From contig JAZQJL010000265.1 in the NCBI GenBank assembly GCA_045541595.1, positions 1 through 49,170 of the forward strand: 49,170 bases of DNA. Direction: 5' to 3'. Numbering within the stretch: position 1 is the stretch's first letter; every line of letters begins with the position of its first letter. The notes beneath the pieces were generated by a model. It saw only the letters and a list, made by a program, of their open reading frames with translations, did not search any database and was not told the origin of the DNA. Source of the stretch: Lachnospiraceae bacterium (lineage in GTDB: Bacteria; Bacillota; Clostridia; Lachnospirales; Lachnospiraceae). This document shows positions 8,747-17,153 of the stretch, in pieces. The translations under genes and the position numbers were made by a program.

Positions 8747-10801
8747 ATGAAAGGGACAGATTTCAATAAAAAAATATTTGATATTGTAAGTAATGTTCCG
8801 GAAGGACAATTTGTCTTTATGGAAAATTTGGAAACTGGTATCTCTAACTGGTCCAAGGAAGCAGTGGAGTATTTTGGCCTGCCTGACACTAATTTCACCA
8901 ACACTACAGGTGTGCTGAAAAAGCTGGTTCATCCGGACGATTTGCAGAAATGGGAGCAGGAAGTGGAAGATGTTCTTTCCATGCATAGTGACGGCTTTTT
9001 CTATACATATCAGATCAAAAATGCCAAGGGCGAGTATGTCCATTGTACCGGAAAAGGAAAAATAATTCAGAGCGAAAGCGGAGAGCCGCTGTTCTTTGCC
9101 GGTTCCATTACGGTGCACCAGGGAGAAGAAACCCATGACGCTATTACGGATTTACCTAAATTCCAAACCTTTTTTAAAGATGTTAGCCAAACAAAGAAGC
9201 GCAATCAGGAATGCATGGTGGCAGCTTTGGAAATTAAGCGCTTTAACAGCATTAATGCATTGTACGGATACAATTTCGGAAGCAAAACCTTATATGAGAC
9301 AGCCCGTATTGTAAAGCAGACGGTAGGAAATAACGGAAAAGTATACCGGTTGGATGGTATCAGCTTCGGAATCATATTTTTTAATAACAATCTGGAATTT
9401 GTAAGAGAGGTCTTCCAGCAAATCAGAGAAAGCCTGGCTACATTTTCTCTGGATGGAGTAGCCCTCAACATCGAGATTTACGGTGGCGCTTTATATACAA
9501 AAAATTATAAAGTAAGTTCCCAAACCGTATATTCCTGCCTGTTATCGGCACTGGAAAAAGCAAAGGATGAAGATTCCTACGAACTGGTGGTTTTTGATGA
9601 TGAATCTCATGAAACCAATTATAAAATGTTGGAACTGTTGGATGCCATTAAAACCAGCATCCGAAATGACTGCGAAGGATTCTATCTGTGTTATCAGCCG
9701 TTTGTGTCTACGGTAACCGGAAAAATTATCGGTGCAGAAGCGTTGATTCGGTGGCGCAGCAAAACATTCGGCGAAGTATCACCGGGAAGATTTGTTCCCC
9801 ATTTAGAGTCCCACCCGTGCTTTTATGATTTGAGTATCTGGGTGCTCCGGCGGGCTTTATCAGACGTGAAGGAAATTATCCGGGACTATCCGGGATTCTT
9901 TATCAATGTCAATATGTCTTACAGTCAGTTAGAGAGACCGGAATTTAAAGACGAAGTGGTTGCAATTTTAAAGGAACTTGACTTTCCGGCAAAGAATCTG
10001 CAGTTGGAATTAACAGAGCGATGCCGGGATTTGGATATGAACTACCTGAAAGAGCAACTGGTATTTTTCAGGAAGCAGGGAATTAAAATTGCCCTGGATG
10101 ACTATGGTACGGGAAATTCCACCATTAATCTTTTGTGTGATTTGCCGATTACCTGTGTGAAGATTGACCAGACATTTATTTTAAACATCCTGAACAAAGG
10201 AAGCAACCGTGTGGTGGTGGATTCCACCGTTCAGTGTGCAAAACGTTTAGGATTAAATGTTTGCCTGGAGGGTGTAGAAACCCAGGAAATCAAAGACTTC
10301 ATCGGAAAATACTCAGCAAATTACCATCAGGGATATTTTTATTCCCGCCCGGTGGAATTTTCAAAATTCAAAGAAGTTATTACGGAAAAATGGCCGGTAA
10401 GTGAAGTGAGCCTCATCAAAGGCAACCCGAAGGACAATTTCGGTGTTGACAGCATTTTGTCCATGATTCCGGGAGGATTCTTTATCTACGCAGACAGTGA
10501 AACCGAAAAGATTTTAAGCGTAAATGAAATGCTTTTGGAAATTTTCGAGTGTGATACGCTGGATGAGTTTTTGGAATTAACCAAGGGCTCCTTCAAAGGA
10601 ATCGTGCATCCGGACGATTACCAGGAAGTCAGCAGAAGTATTATAAAGCAAATCAGCGAAAGTAATGCAAATCTGGATTTTGTAAAATATCGTATTATTA
10701 CAAAAACGGGAAAGGTAAAGCAGGTCCGGGATTATGGACATCTGGTACATAATGAAAGTGATGCTGATTTGTATTATGTATTTTTAGTAGAAGAAAGATA
10801 A
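8747..10801 (+). CDS. PAS / degenerate-GGDEF / EAL / PAS signalling protein, a putative c-di-GMP phosphodiesterase
   Basis: The EAL motif GAEALIRW is at 9737-9745, with downstream ELTER and DDYGTG motifs. The GGDEF position reads RLDGISFGII (DGISF at 9353-9367). PAS-like regions flank both ends (VHPDD signature twice). Confidence 0.9.
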   Translation: MKGTDFNKKIFDIVSNVPEGQFVFMENLETGISNWSKEAVEYFGLPDTNFTNTTGVLKKLVHPDDLQKWEQEVEDVLSMHSDGFFYTYQIKNAKGEYVHCTGKGKIIQSESGEPLFFAGSITVHQGEETHDAITDLPKFQTFFKDVSQTKKRNQECMVAALEIKRFNSINALYGYNFGSKTLYETARIVKQTVGNNGKVYRLDGISFGIIFFNNNLEFVREVFQQIRESLATFSLDGVALNIEIYGGALYTKNYKVSSQTVYSCLLSALEKAKDEDSYELVVFDDESHETNYKMLELLDAIKTSIRNDCEGFYLCYQPFVSTVTGKIIGAEALIRWRSKTFGEVSPGRFVPHLESHPCFYDLSIWVLRRALSDVKEIIRDYPGFFINVNMSYSQLERPEFKDEVVAILKELDFPAKNLQLELTERCRDLDMNYLKEQLVFFRKQGIKIALDDYGTGNSTINLLCDLPITCVKIDQTFILNILNKGSNRVVVDSTVQCAKRLGLNVCLEGVETQEIKDFIGKYSANYHQGYFYSRPVEFSKFKEVITEKWPVSEVSLIKGNPKDNFGVDSILSMIPGGFFIYADSETEKILSVNEMLLEIFECDTLDEFLELTKGSFKGIVHPDDYQEVSRSIIKQISESNANLDFVKYRIITKTGKVKQVRDYGHLVHNESDADLYYVFLVEER

Positions 10802-10840
10802 AAAAGAACATTGCGGAATTGACCGCAATGTTCTTTTTTT
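10801..10840. terminator. bidirectional intrinsic terminator between convergent genes
   Basis: agaacattgcgg / loop / ccgcaatgttct, flanked by an A-run on the 5' side and a T-run on the 3' side. Confidence 0.85.
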
Positions 10841-10851
10841 GTAGCGGATAT

Positions 10852-11355
10852 TTAATTTTGATAAAATATACGATAGACTTTTTCAAATGCGGCAGATAGC
10901 GGTTGAAAAAGCACCAGGGCAACGAAAAAATTTGCGATGCCGTGGATGATATCCATCATAAGGCCACTGGCAATCCAGGAAAGCCCCATGCTTACTCCGC
11001 CAGTGATAAAATACGGAACCGAGCAGAGTGTGCCAAAAAATAAACCGAAGAAACCGCTGATGAAAGCCCAGATGACCGGGCTCTTTTCTTCCTTCAAAAA
11101 CATGGTGATTCCCCAAAGAATGGTCCAGACATACAGATACATGATCCACCAGATGCCAAAACCGTAAATCAGCCCTTCTAAGAGGGCAAAGATATAAATA
11201 ATATACAGTGTTTTTTTCTTAAAAAACAGGGTATAGATAATAATCAGCAGGGAAATAACCTCAACATTGGGAAGGAAGGCCAGTCCTACCTGAAGGACCA
11301 ATAACAGTGCGGAAAGCAGGGCAATCAGCACTAAGTCTTTTATCGAAATCTTCAT
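10852..11355 (-). CDS. small polytopic membrane protein, ECF-transporter S-component-like (putative corrinoid uptake, CbrT-like)
   Basis: 167 aa with about 5-6 TM helices. Its start overlaps the stop of the DUF4430 gene (TAATG), and the pair lies downstream of a cobalamin riboswitch. The substrate assignment is inferred from context only. Confidence 0.55.
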   Translation of the reverse strand: MKISIKDLVLIALLSALLLVLQVGLAFLPNVEVISLLIIIYTLFFKKKTLYIIYIFALLEGLIYGFGIWWIMYLYVWTILWGITMFLKEEKSPVIWAFISGFFGLFFGTLCSVPYFITGGVSMGLSWIASGLMMDIIHGIANFFVALVLFQPLSAAFEKVYRIFYQN

Positions 11356-11750
11356 TACCAGCCTACTTTGAGTGTGAATTCATAGTGTTCGCCGTCCGTA
11401 ATCGGAGTCTGGTCTACACCATACATCCATTCTTCATTGTTGATGGTCAGGCACCACCATTCCTGGTTGTCACTGTTGGCGGTAACGCCGTTTACGGTGG
11501 TGACAAACAGACCATATTCGCTGGTGGAACCATCAATCATGCCTTTGTCAAGCAATGCTTCTCCTAAAAATTCAGCGTCGGTAGACACCTTGTGCTCTGT
11601 GGAAGAACCGTCTGCTAAAATAACTTCCAGTGTGAAGGATTTTTTTCCTTCTGTCCCATCGGGACGCAGTGCAAAAAAGATTGCACCAAATACGGCAACT
11701 ACGACCAGGAACAGACCTGCCAGCAGTGCCACTTTCTTTTTGTTTTTCAT
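11355..11750 (-). CDS. DUF4430 domain protein (transcobalamin-like fold family), N-terminally membrane-anchored or secreted
   Basis: 131 aa with an N-terminal hydrophobic anchor (VALLAGLFLVVVAVFGAIFF) and C-terminal WWCLTINNEEWMYGVDQTPITDGEHYEF, typical of DUF4430. RBS AAAGGAGAA. It is the first gene after the B12 riboswitch. Confidence 0.75.
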   Translation of the reverse strand: MKNKKKVALLAGLFLVVVAVFGAIFFALRPDGTEGKKSFTLEVILADGSSTEHKVSTDAEFLGEALLDKGMIDGSTSEYGLFVTTVNGVTANSDNQEWWCLTINNEEWMYGVDQTPITDGEHYEFTLKVGW

Positions 11751-11789
11751 TTTTAATTCTCCTTTACCATATCCTCGTGGTTTGAGTGT

Positions 11790-11990
11790 AATTCGATTTG
11801 AGCAGGTCTTCTGACTTACAGATTCAGTGTTTCCACAACGCCGTCATTGCCTTCCCAAAGAGCCGGTTCCGACTGCTCCTCAGTGACCTAGTATGACCGC
11901 TTTCTGCTTACAGCGGCGGGACCGCACAGGACTTTCACCTGTTTCCCTATTATGTCTGCCAACCAAAAATTTGGTCACAGACCACTCAAA
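11790..11990 (-). ncRNA. cobalamin (B12) riboswitch
   Basis: The minus-strand RNA contains AUAGGGAAACAGGUGAAAGUCCUGUGCGGUCCCGCCGCUGUAAGC, GUCACUG, GGGAAGGC and the B12 box AGUCAGAAGACCUGCU (11802-11817). These are all hallmark conserved blocks, in the canonical order. Confidence 0.92.
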
Positions 11991-11998
11991 ACGGTATC

Positions 11999-12027
11999 AG
12001 TATAACACCGGAAAGAAGGAATGTCAA
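11999..12027 (-). promoter_or_regulatory. sigma-A promoter driving the riboswitch operon
   Basis: On the minus strand: TTGACA (12027-12022), a 17-nt spacer, then TATACT (12004-11999). Confidence 0.75.
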
Positions 12028-12107
12028 AAAATAAATCAGAGGGTATGTTTTTTGGGATTTGGAGAAAAACTAAGGATATGAAAAAATTGCAAAAGGAGAA
12101 CAGCGGC

Positions 12108-12317
12108 ATGAAAAATGAGAAGCATACCATGGAAGCGCTTCTTCAGGAGAAGAAGCGGGAAGTGCAACTGGACGAGGCATTTGAACTCAGTAATTCGGCA
12201 TCCTTTACCGACTGTACCGGTTCGGTTCCGGCAGCCCCGGTGACAAAGGAACAGTGGGACAACTATGATGATTCCTATCACTTTCAACCGAAAACTGTAA
12301 CGCAACAGAAACGGTAG
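12108..12317 (+). CDS. small hypothetical protein (69 aa; alternative start at 12078)
   Basis: AAGGAG lies 9 nt upstream of the ATG at 12108, and a clean terminator hairpin follows the ORF. I recognise no family. The protein is charged and hydrophilic. Confidence 0.4.
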   Translation: MKNEKHTMEALLQEKKREVQLDEAFELSNSASFTDCTGSVPAAPVTKEQWDNYDDSYHFQPKTVTQQKR

Positions 12318-12360
12318 CGGGGTGCTGCAGTAAAAAAATTGCAAAAGAAAATATCGGAAG

Positions 12361-12392
12361 CGGCATCCATGGTTGCAGGATGCCGTCTTTTG
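12361..12392 (+). terminator. intrinsic terminator after the small ORF
   Basis: cggcatcc / atggttgca / ggatgccg, followed by tcttttgtg. Confidence 0.7.
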
Positions 12393-12433
12393 TGTTAAGA
12401 TATCCACAAAATGGTTAGAAACGGAGAGTAAGG

Positions 12434-13804
12434 ATGAAACGGCTTTTACATATCAAAATGACAACAACAAGAATTATTGTCCTTGGCTTTCTTGCAGGTA
12501 TTTCCCTAGGCAGCTTTTTACTTTGGCTGCCGGTGTCTTCCAAGGCGGGGCAGGATATTTCTTTTGTGGATTCCCTGTTTGTAGCAACGACTTCCCTTTG
12601 TGTAACCGGCCTGACGCCGGTAGTTATGGCAGAGCAGTGGAGTTATTTCGGTCAGGCGGTAATCTTATTTTTAATGCAGTTTGGCGGCCTTGGTGTCATC
12701 ACTTTTACCACTACAGTGCTTTTGTTGCTGGGGAAGCGGATTACATTGAAGGAACGGATGCTGATTCAGGATTCCTACAATTTGGACTCCATCTCCGGAG
12801 TGGTCAAAATGACAAAACGGATTGTTAAGGGAACGTTATTGGTGGAAAGCTGCGGTGCAGTGCTTTATTCGTTTGTATTTATTCCGCAGTATGGTGTGGC
12901 TGAAGGTATCTGGAAATCTGTTTTCCATGCGGTATCTGCCTTTTGTAATGCGGGTTTGGATACATTGGGCAGTAACAGCCTTATGGTTTACCAAACGGAT
13001 GTTATAATTAATGTGGCAACCATGCTCCTTATTGTGTTTGGAGGTCTGGGATTCCCGGTATGGTGGGATGTTCTGGATGTTTTGAAACGGGCCAAAAGAA
13101 AAGAGATACTTTGGAGAGATAGTTTTTCAAAGCTGGGTGTGCATAGCAAATTAGTACTGGTAATGACAGCAGCATTGATATTTGGCGGCGGACTGCTGAT
13201 TCTCCTGTTTGAGTACCATAATCCGGCCACCATCGGGGAGCTTTCCTTCGGGAATAAAGTGATGGTGTCTCTGTTTGAATCGGTAACATTGCGAACGGCA
13301 GGATTTCAGACCATTGCTCAGGAAAGCATGACGGAGGCATCTACTCTGTTGGCGTTAATGCTGATGTTTATTGGAGGCTCGCCTTCCGGCACTGCAGGGG
13401 GTGTAAAAACGGTCACAATGCTTATTTTAATCTTGTCCATGCTGGCAGCCGTAAAGGGCACGGATGAAGTTCGGGCATATCATCGTAAAATTTCCGATAA
13501 TTATGTTCGCCGTGCAGTAGCGGTAATCGTAGTTTTTTTTGTGGCACTCATGGCAGTTGCCATGGCTCTTTCCATTACGGAGGACGGAAGCTTTGTTGAT
13601 ATTTTGTTCGAAGCAACTTCAGCGATGGCAACGGTAGGACTGACAAGAGGACTTACCGGCTCTTTAACAACAGCGGGCAAGTTGATTATTATAGTGGCGA
13701 TGTATTTGGGCCGTTTGGGACCAATTACCATGGCTCTGGCATTTAATGCAAAACAATATGAAGGAAAGAAAACCTATGCAGAAGGCAAGGTTATTATCGG
13801 ATAG
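12434..13804 (+). CDS. trkH: TrkH/KtrB family potassium uptake membrane subunit
   Basis: 456 aa, polytopic, with repeated pore-loop motifs (TGLT, NAGLD, RTAGF, TVGLT) and typical TrkH family sequence. The trkA-like gene follows. Confidence 0.93.
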   Translation: MKRLLHIKMTTTRIIVLGFLAGISLGSFLLWLPVSSKAGQDISFVDSLFVATTSLCVTGLTPVVMAEQWSYFGQAVILFLMQFGGLGVITFTTTVLLLLGKRITLKERMLIQDSYNLDSISGVVKMTKRIVKGTLLVESCGAVLYSFVFIPQYGVAEGIWKSVFHAVSAFCNAGLDTLGSNSLMVYQTDVIINVATMLLIVFGGLGFPVWWDVLDVLKRAKRKEILWRDSFSKLGVHSKLVLVMTAALIFGGGLLILLFEYHNPATIGELSFGNKVMVSLFESVTLRTAGFQTIAQESMTEASTLLALMLMFIGGSPSGTAGGVKTVTMLILILSMLAAVKGTDEVRAYHRKISDNYVRRAVAVIVVFFVALMAVAMALSITEDGSFVDILFEATSAMATVGLTRGLTGSLTTAGKLIIIVAMYLGRLGPITMALAFNAKQYEGKKTYAEGKVIIG

Positions 13805-13815
13805 GAGAATAGAAG

Positions 13816-14490
13816 ATGGCAAAAAAAGACGGAAACGGCAGAAAAGAGTTTGTAGTATTCGGCATGGGTAAATTTGGTGCCAGCGTAGCAAAAACATTGG
13901 CAGACAATGGCTGTCAGGTAATGGCAGTGGATTCCGAGCAGAGTAAAGTAGAGGAAATTGCAGAGGACGTGACCTATGCAGTATGTACTGATGTTACGGA
14001 TGCAGAGGCAATCCATTCTCTCGGCATCCGCAATTTTGACGGTGCCATTGTAGCTATTGGTGAGAACCTGGAGGCCAGTGTGCTGGTTACCATTATTTCA
14101 AAAGAAATGGGAATCCCATATGTGCTTGCTAAGGCACAGACAGAACTTCAGGCCAAGGTATTGAAAAAAGTGGGGGCAGACAAAATAGTTTTTCCTGAGA
14201 AAGAAACCGGTATCCGCATTGCCAATAATTTAGTCAGCGGTAATTTTTTCGATGCCATTGAACTGTCTACTAAATATAGTATGATGGATTTGGATATACC
14301 GAAGGAATGGATTGGAAAAACGTTACGGGAATTGAACCTCCGTGTTACTAAGAAAATTAATATTATCGGAATTAAGCGGGCCGCTGAATTTGAAATTACA
14401 CCGGATCCGGATGCTCCGCTTCTGGAGGATGATGTACTGGTTATTATCGGAAGAAATCAGACATTGTCAAAACTTACAGGAGGACGTTAA
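13816..14490 (+). CDS. trkA: TrkA/KtrA potassium uptake regulatory subunit (RCK_N + RCK_C)
   Basis: 224 aa with the Rossmann motif VVFGMGKFG and a C-terminal TrkA_C-like region (LRELNLR...IIGI...). Confidence 0.93.
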   Translation: MAKKDGNGRKEFVVFGMGKFGASVAKTLADNGCQVMAVDSEQSKVEEIAEDVTYAVCTDVTDAEAIHSLGIRNFDGAIVAIGENLEASVLVTIISKEMGIPYVLAKAQTELQAKVLKKVGADKIVFPEKETGIRIANNLVSGNFFDAIELSTKYSMMDLDIPKEWIGKTLRELNLRVTKKINIIGIKRAAEFEITPDPDAPLLEDDVLVIIGRNQTLSKLTGGR

Positions 14491-14495
14491 GACTG

Positions 14496-15278
14496 ATGAT
14501 TACAAGTACATCCAATGTGCAGATTAAGCAGATTACTGCATTGTTAAAGAAAAGCAAGGAACGTAAAGAACAAAAAGCCTTTGTCATTGAAGGCAGAAAA
14601 ATGTTTGAGGAAATCTGTCAGGATAAGTCCCGGGTAATCAAGGCTTATTTTTCAGACAGTTATGTAAAGGAACAATATGAAGGCCGGACCCTTCCGGATG
14701 TGCCATATGAAATAGTGGCAGATTCCGTATTTGATGCCATGGCAGAAACGGTAACGCCTCAGGGGGTGCTGGCCATTGTAAAAATGCCGGAATATTCTTT
14801 GAAGGATATGATTGCCAACGCCGGAACCCTGGTTCTTTTAGAAAATTTACGAGATCCGGGAAACTTAGGAACCATTATCCGGACGGCAGAAGCGGCAGGA
14901 GTGTCCGGGGTGATTTTAAGCCGTGAATCGGTGGATATTTATAATCCAAAGGTAATCCGTTCCACCATGGGAGCAGTGTACCGGGTTCCGTTTCTTTATG
15001 CGGAGGATTTTTTATCGCTGCTGCGGGAACTGAGAGAACAGGATGTGCGCCTGCTGGCAGCCCACTTAAAAGGGCAGAAAACCTTTGACAAGGCAGATTA
15101 TTCAGGAAAGGTAGGAATTCTCATCGGAAACGAGGCCAATGGCCTTACGGATGAGGCGGCAGAGCTTGCAAACGAGAAGGTACTGATTCCGATGGCGGGT
15201 AGTGTGGAATCCTTAAATGCGGCCATTGCGGCGGCACTGTTAATGTATGAAGCATTCCGAAAACAAAAATTAGCATAA
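14496..15278 (+). CDS. TrmH/SpoU family RNA 2'-O-methyltransferase
   Basis: Contains the motifs LENLRDPGNLGTIIRTAEAAG, ILIGNEANG and SLNAAIAAALLMYE. Confidence 0.9.
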   Translation: MITSTSNVQIKQITALLKKSKERKEQKAFVIEGRKMFEEICQDKSRVIKAYFSDSYVKEQYEGRTLPDVPYEIVADSVFDAMAETVTPQGVLAIVKMPEYSLKDMIANAGTLVLLENLRDPGNLGTIIRTAEAAGVSGVILSRESVDIYNPKVIRSTMGAVYRVPFLYAEDFLSLLRELREQDVRLLAAHLKGQKTFDKADYSGKVGILIGNEANGLTDEAAELANEKVLIPMAGSVESLNAAIAAALLMYEAFRKQKLA

Positions 15279-15284
15279 CAGGGC

Positions 15285-15328
15285 GGGAGTGATAAAATTT
15301 TGTCGGATTTTGTCACTCTCTTTTTTTA
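15285..15328 (+). terminator. intrinsic terminator
   Basis: gagtgataaaat / loop / attttgtcactc, followed by tcttttttt. Confidence 0.75.
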
Positions 15329-15420
15329 TTCTATTTCACGTTTCGACAAAAAATAACAGCGGAAAGGGTGTATGATGCGAATTGGAAATAAAAGTAAAAT
15401 ATAAACAATCGGAGGCAGGT

Positions 15421-16263
15421 ATGGGACAAGTATTATATTACAGTACAATAACGGCATGTGCATTTGGATGTGCGCTCAGAGTGTTACTGGCAGGGTATTA
15501 CCGGATGCAGCTTCGTGCATTAAAATGTATGAAGACAACAAAGAGTAAATGGATGAGGAAGTTAAAAGAGCAGTTTATTCTGCGGTACCAGGCTATGCTG
15601 GGCGTGCAGAATGTGGGAAGCTTTGTGGAAAAATTCTTTTCGGAACGTAAAGTTTTGGGAATTTCCGTGACGGCATGGACCGGATTACATATTCAGCTGG
15701 TTAGCTTCTGTTTGCTTCTGGGAGCGTCCTATGCATTATATCAGTGCGTAAAAGGAGCGGCAACGGAAATCGTGCTGATGGCCATGTTTCAGGGCATTTG
15801 GACAAGCGCACTGTTACTTTTGATTGACGGCTTTTGTATGGTGCCCGGTAAAGTGGATTCCCTAAAGCACGGAATGCAGGACTATTTGGAGAACTATTTA
15901 CAGGTGCGGTTAGAGCATGAATATCATGTATGGGGAAAGAACCGGGAGGAACTGCGACAGACTAAGGCGGTGCTGGATGCCCAGATGCAGGTGATTGACG
16001 TAAAGGCCTACCGGAAGCAAAGAAAAGAAATCAGGAGTCAGGAAAAGGAGCAGGAGAAGCTTCGCAAGAGTGCTGACCGGCGTCAGAAAATTGCCATGGC
16101 AAAGCGTCGTCCGGAGGTGGAGCGGAAGGTACGTCAGGATGTTCTGCGATTGAAGCAGGAGGTGGAAAACCGCCGACGGTTGGAGGCTCAGTCTTTGGCC
16201 ATGGCGGAAGTGGAAAAAAATACAAGCCGTCAGGTGGAGGAAATTTTACAGGGGATTTTGTAG
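15421..16263 (+). CDS. hypothetical membrane protein with a highly charged coiled-coil C-terminus
   Basis: The start is at MGQVLYY with GGAGG upstream. It has several hydrophobic helices and then a K/R/E/Q-rich tail (KQRKEIRSQEKEQEKLRKSADRRQK...). I recognise no family. Confidence 0.6.
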   Translation: MGQVLYYSTITACAFGCALRVLLAGYYRMQLRALKCMKTTKSKWMRKLKEQFILRYQAMLGVQNVGSFVEKFFSERKVLGISVTAWTGLHIQLVSFCLLLGASYALYQCVKGAATEIVLMAMFQGIWTSALLLLIDGFCMVPGKVDSLKHGMQDYLENYLQVRLEHEYHVWGKNREELRQTKAVLDAQMQVIDVKAYRKQRKEIRSQEKEQEKLRKSADRRQKIAMAKRRPEVERKVRQDVLRLKQEVENRRRLEAQSLAMAEVEKNTSRQVEEILQGIL

Positions 16264-16356
16264 AGGAAAAATAGCTTCGATTTCCCGGGAAAAAAGCATT
16301 TTGTGAATAAATTCAAAGAAAAAACACAAAATAAGCATGGTTTTTTCACAGATATG

Positions 16357-16365
16357 TGTTATAAT
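16357..16365 (+). promoter_or_regulatory. extended -10 promoter element upstream of the VTC gene
   Basis: TGtTATAAT, about 40 nt upstream of the ATG at 16407. The -35 is poor. Confidence 0.45.
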
Positions 16366-16406
16366 AGTCATTGATATTGAACAAAAAGAGATGCTTGGAG
16401 AAGAAA

Positions 16407-17153
16407 ATGGCTATTGAGGTGTTTAACCGGTATGAGAAAAAGTACCGGATCAGAGATGATACATACTATAAATTGCGGGAACGTCTGGCGGAGTTTATGG
16501 AGGCAGACGAGCATAGTAGGGACGGCGATTTTTATACCATATGCAATATTTATTATGATACGCCGGACAACTACTTAATCCGCAAATCCATCGACGGAAG
16601 CGTTTATAAAGAAAAACTCCGTCTTCGCAGTTACGGAGTGAAGGCGCCGGAGGATAAAGTATTCCTGGAAATCAAAAAGAAGTACAAAAAGCTGGTAAAT
16701 AAGCGACGTACAAAGCTGGTGCTGGCAGAAGCATATCAATATATGCAAAGCAAAGAACGGCCGGAGCTTAAGCCTTATATGAATGCCCAGGTGCTGGGGG
16801 AAATCGATTATATGATTCACCGCATGGACCTGTCCCCAAAGGTGTTTTTGTCTTATGACAGATGCGCCATGTTCGGCAAAGATAATAAAGATTTCCGTGT
16901 TACCTTTGACCGCAATATCACCACCAGACGCTATGACCTTGGTCTGCATTACGGTATTTACGGTGATAAGCTGCTAGAGGAAGACGAGTGGATTATGGAA
17001 GTTAAAATTGACAAGGCAATGCCGTTGTGGATGACACAAATTTTATCAGAATTTCAAATCTATCCGGCATCCTTTTCAAAGTACGGCACAGAATATAAAA
17101 AGTTTGTGGCAAATGGCTGCAAAATAATAACGGAGGATAAAAAATTATGTTAG
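16407..17153 (+). CDS. VTC-domain (polyphosphate polymerase-like, triphosphate tunnel) protein
   Basis: The start is at MAIEVFNRYEKKYRI. Alternating charged beta-strand motifs typical of CYTH/VTC tunnel enzymes are present (YEKKYRI, KLRLRSY, LEIKKKY, IMEVKID). Confidence 0.8.
   Translation: MAIEVFNRYEKKYRIRDDTYYKLRERLAEFMEADEHSRDGDFYTICNIYYDTPDNYLIRKSIDGSVYKEKLRLRSYGVKAPEDKVFLEIKKKYKKLVNKRRTKLVLAEAYQYMQSKERPELKPYMNAQVLGEIDYMIHRMDLSPKVFLSYDRCAMFGKDNKDFRVTFDRNITTRRYDLGLHYGIYGDKLLEEDEWIMEVKIDKAMPLWMTQILSEFQIYPASFSKYGTEYKKFVANGCKIITEDKKLC

Noticed and set aside
12318-12433. A possible c-di-AMP (ydaO/kimA-type) riboswitch upstream of trkH/trkA.
   Set aside because: The region is short and contains only a simple terminator hairpin. 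I could not find the conserved pseudo-symmetric elements. A covariance-model search would be needed to be certain.
12373-12828. A 151-aa plus-strand ORF overlapping the 5' part of trkH in another frame.
   Set aside because: The overlapping frame encodes a clearly recognisable TrkH-family protein with a good RBS. The alternative frame has no recognisable features.
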